Positions 25,274 through 32,391 of a stretch of DNA of 64,000 nt are shown one piece after another. A model generated the notes under the pieces. It had not been told where the DNA came from and did no database searches. It saw only the letters and a program-made list of their open reading frames with translations. A program made the position numbers and the translations under genes. Numbering within the stretch: the first letter of the stretch is position 1; each line of letters starts with the position of its first letter. Source of the stretch: Myxococcales bacterium (lineage in GTDB: Bacteria; Myxococcota_A; Polyangia; Polyangiales; Polyangiaceae). The stretch covers positions 3,932 to 67,931 of the forward strand of contig JAAZAA010000056.1 in assembly GCA_012514535.1 (NCBI GenBank). The letters are read 5' to 3'.

Positions 25274-25312
25274 CTCTTGCGACAGGCTCTTGCGACGGGC
25301 TCTTGCGACGGG
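25274..25312. repeat. 3 x 13-bp tandem repeat in a convergent intergenic spacer
   Basis: CTCTTGCGACAGG CTCTTGCGACGGG CTCTTGCGACGGG, between the Hr-2 stop (25267) and the GH9 stop (25330). Confidence 0.9.
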
Positions 25313-25329
25313 TGACCTCCACCGCGCGG

Positions 25330-28104
25330 TCAGTCCGCCCGGTGGGGCACTAGCCCGCTGCGGTGTTCACTGCCCCCGGCCGCCCACTCCCGGGGCGGCA
25401 GCCTCTTGGGAGCGAGCGTCGCGAACAACGCAACCAGCGGGGCCTGGGACTCCCACACGCTGAACTCACTCATGTTGACCGCCGTGCGCGCGTCCACGTA
25501 CCGGAGCCCGAGCGGCTGGGATCCGAAGGAAGGATGAAACGCCGCAGCCAACGGCGCGTACCAGCTCGAACCCGGCATGTTGGCGACGGGGCCGTACACG
25601 GGGAGACCGGGCATGGGCGGCATCCCCTTGTCCTTGATGAAGGCGAGCGAGTCCGTGTGCAGAGGCTCCTGGGGCGTCACACTGCCCATACCGGTGACGT
25701 AGGACATGCCATTCGGGTTCCCCCCGAGCACGTAGTCCGCGGCCAGGCTGAGGGCGTCGACGTACTCCTGAGCGGGGCCCTGAGCCGTGAGCGCTTGATA
25801 GATGGGATCGGCGTGCAGCCCCGTGGCGACGGATCTGCCCCAGTCGGGGGGCGTCGCCGACGGCCGCCCGTTGCGCATGGCGTGCTCGGACGAGAGGAAC
25901 CGCTGGGCCGTCGCCCGCGCCCTGTCACCGAGAGCCGCACGCACGAAGGTCACGGTGTTCTGGTTGGCTCCCTCCGCGTCGAGGTAGCCCATCAGATAAT
26001 CGCTGAGGACGGGGGCGTTGCCCGTGAAGGAGCCCGGGTACACGTGAGACCAGGTCAACAGCCGCCCGTTCAGGGCGTTGTTGCCTCCCAGACCCGACCA
26101 GAGGCCGTCGAAGGCGCTCCGGTGCGTGGCCTCGGAGGTCGCCCGCGCCAGCTCGCTCACCGCGTAGAGGCGAAACTCCGCCGGAGCGGCCGCCCGCGTC
26201 GCCCAGGCGGAGGCGCGGACCGCCCGCTGCAGCAGCGCATCGGCCCGCTTGGCGTCGTAGGGCCGCACCAGGTGGGACGCCTGCGCGAAGAGCCCCGCGA
26301 CATAGGCCGTATGCCAGGGCTCCGGGTCGTAGGTCCAGTAGGCGAGCCGGTCCTCGTCGGCGTAGTAGTAGCCGCGCGGGTGGTGGGACGACTCCACGCC
26401 GGCCCGGACGCTGCCATCGTCGTTCTGCAAATCCTCCCAGGCGCGCACGCTGTGCAACGCCTCATCGAGCAGATCGGAGATGCCGTTGCCGCTCTCCGGG
26501 ATGTCGAGCTGGCCGTCGAGCAGGGCGTCTCGGTTGGCTTCGAAGGCGCGCAGCAAGTACTGGGCGACGACGACGTGGAAGGGGCGGATGTCGAAATCCC
26601 CGGCGTCGTGGTGGCCGCCGAGCACGGGGCGCTCGTTGCTCTTGGGGGTGTTCGTCGGGAACATGCCGGAGCGGTAGCTCCGCCCGCTGACGAAATAGGC
26701 GCTGCAGTGGTCGGGGCCGCGGCTCCAGTCCGTGTACTTTTCGTCCAGGTCGCCGCACCAGCGATTGAGGAACAGCCCCCGAGCGACCACGTAGAACGCC
26801 TTCAGGGCGGCGTCCTCGCTCACCGCGGTCGGATAGGACACCCCCACCCCTGGCACGCGGACACGGTAGCGCACGCCCTCCGCGGGCGGGACGCTCGCCA
26901 GATCGACCTGGTGCACCCGTCCGCCGGCCTCCGTGTCCCGGGCGGAGCGCTCGCTGACGGGAAGGTCCGCGGCGACCTCGCGCTTGGGGCGCAGGGCGTT
27001 GCGCGCGTCCGCGACCACGCTCACCGTGGCACCGAGCTGGCTCGGATCCACGTGGCCCCCGTCGCCGAGGTACGCGTGCAGGTAGGCGTACCGCTTGGTG
27101 GCTCTCGGGTTGTAACCGACTTGATTGACCTTGATGAGCGGGGACTCGAGGTAGCGGTCGCTGAACGGGACGACGACGTCGAGATCGGTGTTGGACCCAC
27201 CGCCGGAGTGCGTGACGGCGAGGAGCTCTCGCTCTCCGATCGGCTCCCCCAAGACGAGGAACAGGTGATCGTCGATGTCGACGACGTTGTCGGTCCCCCA
27301 TTTCTCCCACCCCACGGGGTAGCTCGGTTGCCCGACGGGGATGCTGCGACGACGCACGGCCGTCACCGGGACCTCCGTCCCGTCGGCGCGGCTCACGCGC
27401 CACTGTCCCCCCTGCCAGGCGGCGCCACGCGCCCCTTGGAGGCGCGACCCGTCGTACCGCGTCTCCCGGGTCTCCAGCACGAGCTGGAGGACGTTCGGGG
27501 CCACCGCATGCACGGAGCGCAGGGGCGTGTCGAGCTTCACTCGCGGGCCTCCGTGGGTCCGCGCGTGGGCGATCCCCCAGAGTGGCCCGCTCGCCGTGGT
27601 CGCCTCCAGACGAACGAACACGTCGGTGCTCGCGGCGATCTTTTCGATCACGTGGCTCGTGGCGGCGCCATCCAGGCTCGCGATCTCCACCTCGACGGGC
27701 AGCTGGTCCGCATCGCCCTTGGGCTCCGGCCCCATGAAGACCTTGATCTCCTCAGCGCCCTCGATGGGATCCCAAGACAGCTCGACGCGGCTGGAGCTGA
27801 CCTCCTCGACGCGCACCGCCACGTCGCCGAAGTCGATGCCCGCGTCCGGGTCCGAGTCCTCCCCGGGGCTCGGCGGCGGAGTGGTCGGTGGATCTTCCGT
27901 CTGGGGGGTCGACGGCGGCGTCGACGGGTCAGAGGGGCCCGCAGGAACGCCTGGGTCGGCGTCCTGCGGAGTACCTGGGCTCGCCTCCTCTTCCGGCGCA
28001 CATGCGGACCCGAGCAGGAGCACGAACGAACTGGCGATGGCGAGGCTGCGCCCGCGGTGGCTGCGGAGCCCGACGGAAGCGCGGGGGCGAAGGTCCGATT
28101 TCAT
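25330..28104 (-). CDS. Glycoside hydrolase family 9 endoglucanase with N-terminal FN3/Ig-like modules, predicted lipoprotein
   Basis: GH9 signature GGHHDAGDFDIRPF with downstream catalytic-domain similarity. ATG 28104 gives MKSDLRPRASVGLRSHRGRSLAIASSFVLLLGSAC. The ORF-track start 28395 adds an Arg-rich extension. Confidence 0.85.
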   Translation of the reverse strand: MKSDLRPRASVGLRSHRGRSLAIASSFVLLLGSACAPEEEASPGTPQDADPGVPAGPSDPSTPPSTPQTEDPPTTPPPSPGEDSDPDAGIDFGDVAVRVEEVSSSRVELSWDPIEGAEEIKVFMGPEPKGDADQLPVEVEIASLDGAATSHVIEKIAASTDVFVRLEATTASGPLWGIAHARTHGGPRVKLDTPLRSVHAVAPNVLQLVLETRETRYDGSRLQGARGAAWQGGQWRVSRADGTEVPVTAVRRRSIPVGQPSYPVGWEKWGTDNVVDIDDHLFLVLGEPIGERELLAVTHSGGGSNTDLDVVVPFSDRYLESPLIKVNQVGYNPRATKRYAYLHAYLGDGGHVDPSQLGATVSVVADARNALRPKREVAADLPVSERSARDTEAGGRVHQVDLASVPPAEGVRYRVRVPGVGVSYPTAVSEDAALKAFYVVARGLFLNRWCGDLDEKYTDWSRGPDHCSAYFVSGRSYRSGMFPTNTPKSNERPVLGGHHDAGDFDIRPFHVVVAQYLLRAFEANRDALLDGQLDIPESGNGISDLLDEALHSVRAWEDLQNDDGSVRAGVESSHHPRGYYYADEDRLAYWTYDPEPWHTAYVAGLFAQASHLVRPYDAKRADALLQRAVRASAWATRAAAPAEFRLYAVSELARATSEATHRSAFDGLWSGLGGNNALNGRLLTWSHVYPGSFTGNAPVLSDYLMGYLDAEGANQNTVTFVRAALGDRARATAQRFLSSEHAMRNGRPSATPPDWGRSVATGLHADPIYQALTAQGPAQEYVDALSLAADYVLGGNPNGMSYVTGMGSVTPQEPLHTDSLAFIKDKGMPPMPGLPVYGPVANMPGSSWYAPLAAAFHPSFGSQPLGLRYVDARTAVNMSEFSVWESQAPLVALFATLAPKRLPPREWAAGGSEHRSGLVPHRAD

Positions 28105-28117
28105 GGAAGCGGGATAT

Positions 28118-28133
28118 TGCAGGCTTCGGGCCA
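28118..28133 (-). promoter_or_regulatory. sigma-54-type -24/-12 promoter-like motif in front of GH9 cellulase 1
   Basis: Minus strand reads gTGGCCC-GAAGC-CTGCAa. ATG 28104 lies 15 nt after the -12 C (28119). There is no Shine-Dalgarno in between (ATATCCCGCTTCC). Confidence 0.5.
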
Positions 28134-28592
28134 CCTCCACGCCGCCACGTCCGCCCACCTTCGACCGCCGGAGTAGGCAAAACACCCCTTTCCTCACGCC
28201 TCCGCGCGATCCTCGACACCTCACGGCTCGTGGGCGACGTTCCATGACGAACAAGACTTGACGAGTTCTCTGACGCCCTCGGAGCAGCCCGCGGCGCCCC
28301 GAGCCGGACAGGTGCCCGCTGCTGTCCGGGCTTTCGCGAACACTCGTCCGGCGAGGAGGGCCACCGTCGTGCCTCTCGCACGCGCAGAGAGCCACGTCGA
28401 CACGCCTCTGCGAGCGCCGTCCAACGAAGGACTCACGTTCCGGAAGATCCCCGATCTACCAAAAAACTCACCCCACGAAAGGGCGCTCGCGCTAGCTGCG
28501 GCGCGCCTGATGGGCGTCAGTCGAAGACCGGACCCTGCCCCCGTACTCCAGGAGTCGCGTCCGGCGCGGAGCGACGTGCGTCCTGACGGCCG

Positions 28593-29114
28593 TCAGTCGA
28601 GAGCGCGCGGAGGACCCATCTCCCTCAGCACGGCGCGCTGCTCCTCCGGGGTGAGCAGAGATCCGAGCGCGGGATAGAGCACGCGCTCTTCGTACGCGAG
28701 GTGTTTCCCGAGCTCGAAGGCCAGACGCTCGGCGAGCACCAACAGGCGCTGTCGATGGCGCGCGGAGGTGGGGTGGCAGCGCACGCCTTCGAGCTCCGCG
28801 AGGAGGGCCTGGATCAGAGGAGCCTGGGCGCGGCGGTGACTGCGCGCGAGCTCCAGGGCCTCGTCGATGTCCGGGCGCTTGCCGAGGAGGCGCGGGAAGA
28901 GACACCTCTCCTCGATGGCCGTCTCGAGAGGGAGCACCTCGAGCAGGTAGCGCTCGCAGCGCCGACACATCGCGACCAGCTCGGCCTCCGTGAGCTGGCC
29001 CCCGCGCCCCACGGCCACCGCCAGGCTGAGCACCCTGCGGAAGGTCGCGTGGCCTTGAAACCAGCGCGTCGCGAGGTCATCGGAGCTGCGAAGGCTCTCC
29101 ACGACGGCCCCCAA
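28593..29114 (-). CDS. Hemerythrin-like domain protein, Hr-3 (paralog of Hr-2 with an apparent ligand substitution)
   Basis: Colinear with Hr-2: RWFQGHATFRRV / LFLECHGRIRAF, EVLPLETAIEERCLFP / EALPLHIADEEESLLP, ARSHRRAQ / MHAQHEAH, LGKHLAYEERVLYP / LLHLEHEERVLFP. The start is unclear; in-frame TTG 29114 or GTG 29102 give ~170 aa, and ORF-track 29327 is probably too long. Confidence 0.6.
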   Translation of the reverse strand: MGAVVESLRSSDDLATRWFQGHATFRRVLSLAVAVGRGGQLTEAELVAMCRRCERYLLEVLPLETAIEERCLFPRLLGKRPDIDEALELARSHRRAQAPLIQALLAELEGVRCHPTSARHRQRLLVLAERLAFELGKHLAYEERVLYPALGSLLTPEEQRAVLREMGPPRALD

Positions 29115-29330
29115 GCAGAAAGCGTACCGATCGCGAGAAAAGTGAGATCCGCAGGGGAATGATCGCCTCCTCGAGGCTTTCGGGATAGCGGAAAGCTCAT
29201 CGCCAGACTGCAAGCCCTGCACTCCCGGGCGAAAGGCACGCAGATCCTGCACACTGGCCGACGACCGCCCCACGCCCCGGGCGGCTCGAAGGACCGACGA
29301 GAGCGGCCGCTCGGATGGATGGCGCACCGA

Positions 29331-29363
29331 GGGCGAAGACTGGGCGAAGACTGGGCGAAGACT
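29331..29363. repeat. 3 x 11-bp perfect tandem repeat in the divergent Hr-3 / Hr-4 intergenic region
   Basis: GGGCGAAGACT x3 with one-helical-turn periodicity. It ends 28 bp upstream of the Hr-4 -24 element. Confidence 0.9.
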
Positions 29364-29390
29364 AAGGCTTGGTCAGCCCATCAAGCCCCT

Positions 29391-29406
29391 TGGCATGCCC
29401 GATGCT
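29391..29406 (+). promoter_or_regulatory. sigma-54-type -24/-12 promoter-like motif in front of Hr-4
   Basis: tTGGCAT-GCCCG-ATGCTa. The first start codon downstream of the predicted TSS is ATG 29446. The ORF-track ATG 29395 lies inside the TGGCATG element. Confidence 0.5.
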
Positions 29407-29445
29407 ACTCGTTCGCCTCGGACCGCTCAGCGCGGCGCATCCCCC

Positions 29446-29973
29446 ATGACCTCGACTCCTCTCGACCGCATCACCGACTATCTCGTGCGAGATCACGAGC
29501 GCCTGCACGCGCTCCTCGAAGCCGCGATGGCCGGAGGGCGCTTCTCCCCCGCCCCCTTCGCGACCTTCCGCCAGGGGCTCCTGCGCCACATCGCCATCGA
29601 GGAGAAGGTCCTCCTGCCCGCGGCGCGCCTGGCCCAGGGAGACGTCCCCTTGGCCCGCGCCTTCGACCTGCGCGTGGATCACGCCGCCCTGACCTCTCTC
29701 CTGGTCCCTCCGCCGGACGTCGCCCTGTGCAGGGAGATCGCCTCGCTCCTGGCAGTCCACGACGCCAAGGAAGAGGGACCAGAAGGCGTCTACGCCGAGT
29801 GTGAGGCCTTGTTCTCCCCCGCCCGCTCCGCGGCCCTCGCGGCGGAGGCCATCGGGTTCCGCTCGGTGCGCGTGGCGCCGCACCTCGATCGCCCGGGAGT
29901 CTATCGCACCGCCGCCGCGGCCCTGGCCGCCGCCCGGCGCATGAAGCCGCCGAAGGAGGCCGAGCGCCCCTGA
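29446..29973 (+). CDS. Hemerythrin (HHE) domain protein, Hr-4
   Basis: ITDYLVRDHERLHALL, LLRHIAIEEKVLLP, LRVDHAALTSLL, LLAVHDAKEEG. Confidence 0.7.
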   Translation: MTSTPLDRITDYLVRDHERLHALLEAAMAGGRFSPAPFATFRQGLLRHIAIEEKVLLPAARLAQGDVPLARAFDLRVDHAALTSLLVPPPDVALCREIASLLAVHDAKEEGPEGVYAECEALFSPARSAALAAEAIGFRSVRVAPHLDRPGVYRTAAAALAAARRMKPPKEAERP

Positions 29974-30005
29974 TCGCGGCGCCCGGCGCTCCGTCCCCCC
30001 GGGCG

Positions 30006-30809
30006 TCACCGGCTCAGGAGCGCGTACCAGGGGCGCCAGGTGGCGTGCACGCCGTGCGCGCTCGCGTTCCCCTCGCCGTAATCCCGCATGAGCGCCCGGA
30101 GCGCACCGGGCGCCAGGGGGCTCCCCCCCGGGTACCGGGACGCCCCCATGGCTCGTAGCACCTCGAAGAACTCCCGCGCGTCGCGGTAGACCCGAGGGAT
30201 GCTCTCGCTCTGAAACGCGACGAGTCGTAAGCCCGCCGCCGAGCAAGCGCGCTCCAGTTGCTCCCGCGAGTGCCCGATGCCGGGCGCGACGTCGAAGCGC
30301 GCCAAAGCCAGCGCCAGCTCGGGCAAGTTGTCCGTGGCGAAGCCGCTGACCAGATAGCGCCCCCCGGGCCGCAGGCGCTGGCCGACCCCGTCCACGTGCG
30401 CAGGGAGATCGTCGAGCCACTGCACCATCGCGCTGCTCGCGATCAAGTCGAAGCGTGCCCGCAGCCCGTCCCGCACCCGGCTGGCGTCGAGCTGGAGCCA
30501 ATGGACGCGGCGCGCGCCGTCTCCCCCCAAGCGCCGGCGCGTCTGCTCCAGCATGCCCCTGGACAGATCCGTGCACAGGAGCCTGGCGCCCGGGAATTTC
30601 CCCACGAGGAGCTCCGAGAGGTGCCCGGTGCCACAGCCCAGCTCGAGAACGTGCCGCGGGGACTCGCCCTCGAGCTGGAGCAGCTTCACGAGCCGGCGCG
30701 CCATGAGGCGCTGGACCTCGGACACCGCGTCGTAGCGCCGCGCCGCCCGCTCGAAGCTGAGCTGACGGTAGCGGATCGCGACCGGGAGCATCGCGGGTCC
30801 AGCGCCCAT
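30006..30809 (-). CDS. Class I SAM-dependent methyltransferase (BioC-like)
   Basis: SAM motif I VLELGCGTGHLSE, then DLSRGML and FDLIASSAMVQW. Internal ATG 30809 (or 30791). The ORF-track 5' extension overlaps the cytochrome gene. Confidence 0.75.
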   Translation of the reverse strand: MGAGPAMLPVAIRYRQLSFERAARRYDAVSEVQRLMARRLVKLLQLEGESPRHVLELGCGTGHLSELLVGKFPGARLLCTDLSRGMLEQTRRRLGGDGARRVHWLQLDASRVRDGLRARFDLIASSAMVQWLDDLPAHVDGVGQRLRPGGRYLVSGFATDNLPELALALARFDVAPGIGHSREQLERACSAAGLRLVAFQSESIPRVYRDAREFFEVLRAMGASRYPGGSPLAPGALRALMRDYGEGNASAHGVHATWRPWYALLSR

Positions 30810-30847
30810 GGCTCCGGCTTCCTTCCCGTCGTCGTGGTGGCGGGCGC

Positions 30848-31288
30848 TCAGCCGTCCTTGCGGAAGCCGCGCACGAGGGCCACCAGCTCCTTCAGCACCT
30901 CGGGCTTCCCCTTGATGTCCGGATGAGCGGGCATACCCGGGCTCTTTCCGACTGCGGCGCCGCCCTCGGTGATGATCTTCGCGATGTCCTCGTCGCTCGT
31001 CTCGTCCTGCCAGGCGGGATCCGCGAAGGCGCGAGGCTTGGGATCGATGGCCGCGGCGCCGGGGCCGTCGCCGGCGCCCGTCGTCCCGTGGCACACCACG
31101 CACCGCGCCTTGAAGTACTTCTCGGCCTCTGCGGCAGGCCCTCCCGCGGGCGCCGCGGGCGCCGTTTGCGTCGAGGGTGCCTCCACGCGCACCGGCTCCT
31201 GCTGGGGCGGCGCCTCCTCTTGCTTGTCCTTGCACCCCACCAACGCGGTGACCCCAAGCGCGACGACGATACTCGTGAACCTAGACAT
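30848..31288 (-). CDS. Monoheme class I c-type cytochrome, predicted lipoprotein
   Basis: MSRFTSIVVALGVTALVGC lipobox, one CVVCH motif, and a distal Met in GKSPGMPAH. AGGAGG ends 12 nt upstream of ATG 31288. Confidence 0.8.
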   Translation of the reverse strand: MSRFTSIVVALGVTALVGCKDKQEEAPPQQEPVRVEAPSTQTAPAAPAGGPAAEAEKYFKARCVVCHGTTGAGDGPGAAAIDPKPRAFADPAWQDETSDEDIAKIITEGGAAVGKSPGMPAHPDIKGKPEVLKELVALVRGFRKDG

Positions 31289-31510
31289 GTGCGACGATGT
31301 TCCTCCTGCTCGCGACCGACGCCGAACGGCGCTCTCGCGGTCGCTCGCCATCCCTCTCGGCTGGTACCGCTTCTTCCCGCAGGGTCATTCCTGCGACGGG
31401 CGGCCTGCTCCTGCGAACCGTGCGTTCGCACTCGGCGCGAGCCATGGTGCCGTCGATGGGTGAGCGATGCAATGATGATCGTCACGGCAGACAGCGGCGG
31501 GCACCAGATG

Positions 31511-31526
31511 CGGCACGCCTCTTGCT
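31511..31526 (+). promoter_or_regulatory. Orphan sigma-54-type -24/-12 promoter-like motif in a 1.1-kb non-coding gap
   Basis: CGGCAC-GCCTC-TTGCTg, matching the consensus at every position except the first T. No start codon within 15 nt. The next plausible coding features are the Mo-enzyme relic (31811) and GH9-2 (32392). Confidence 0.4.
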
Positions 31527-31810
31527 GCTTTGACGACGCGCGAGCCGCCCTGTGAGCCATACCACTGAGCTCTCCTTGCGACGCAGGCTGACGAGGCCGG
31601 CTGAGGAGGCGGGCTGCTGAGCTCGACCCGTGAGCCGACCGGCCGAAAAGCCGCATTTCTTCCGCGAAGACGGCAGCCCGAGCCTCCACGCCTTCGTCTG
31701 ACGACCATCATCGAACGCTCCCATCGGCGTCGATACCCTGAATCGATGACACGCGCGGTTTTCGCGTCGTGCTCCACCATCGTCGGCGAACGTCTCAGCG
31801 AGTCCTCCGT

Positions 31811-32090
31811 ATGCCGCAGACACCCCTCTCCGCCCCCAGGTCGTCCGAGCCCGCCTCTGGCTCCTCCCCCGCCCTGGACGGCACGTCCGCCGAGCTCCGT
31901 CACGGAGCTCCTCGGGTCCGGGAAGGCTTCAAGGCTTGGGCCGAGGCCGGCTTTCCGAGAGATCCCCACACGGGCAAGCCGGAGGCCAAGTACTTCCAAC
32001 GAGGCAATGACCGTTGGGTTCGAACGTCGTGGGAACAAGCCTTCGACTACGTGGCTCGCGCGCTCGACGACATTTCTCGCGTCTCCGCGC
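31811..32090 (+). pseudogene. Possible relic of a molybdopterin (DMSO-reductase family) oxidoreductase gene
   Basis: The translation ...FPRDPHTGKPEAKYFQRGNDRWVRTSWEQAFDYVARALDDISR resembles the conserved 'G-x-F-x-R-I/S-SW-D/Q-E-A-x-x-x-I-A' segment of Mo-bisMGD enzymes (cf. NarG ...RGGFVRSSWQEVNELIAA). I could not continue the similarity in any frame. Confidence 0.25.
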
Positions 32091-32391
32091 GGCGAGCCGT
32101 CGGCGTCCTCTCGGAGGGCGGGATGTCCGGGCGCCTCGGAGCCACTCCCCGCTGGGCGGCGCGCATGCCCTCGGTGACGCCGCGGCGGAGGAGGCGACCC
32201 ATTACGGCGCGCGCGAGAGCAAACGAGCAGACGATCGACGCAGCATCGGCGCGCGCGACCGCGCGCTCGGTGCTGCGACGTGCGCGAGCACTTGCACCAA
32301 CTCCCCGGTTGGGCCGGCGCAGGAAACCTTCCTCTCGCGACACCTGACCACCGTCATTGGCGTCAACGAGTCGGCACAACACCATCGGCTC

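Noticed and set aside
28105-28395. Long N-terminal extensions in the ORF track for several genes: GH9-1 to 28395, GH9-2 from 32014, ric to 23771, FeS subunit to 10524, cytochrome to 11140, NMO from 17217, HMGS to 63438, hbd from 47134
   Set aside because: The extensions are Arg-rich and lack signal peptides or domain similarity. Internal starts give canonical signal peptides, RBSs or family-typical N-termini.
28584-28595. Palindrome TGACGGCCGTCA overlapping the Hr-3 stop codon as a terminator
   Set aside because: It is a zero-loop palindrome and cannot form a useful hairpin (effective stem ~4 bp). It is more likely coincidental.
31385-32038. 217-aa minus-strand ORF and 143/192-aa plus-strand ORFs in the cytochrome c / GH9-2 gap
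   Set aside because: The translations are low-complexity Arg/Gly/Ser/Pro-rich. The exception is the short Mo-enzyme-like segment, which is reported separately as a possible relic. There are no RBS or family motifs.
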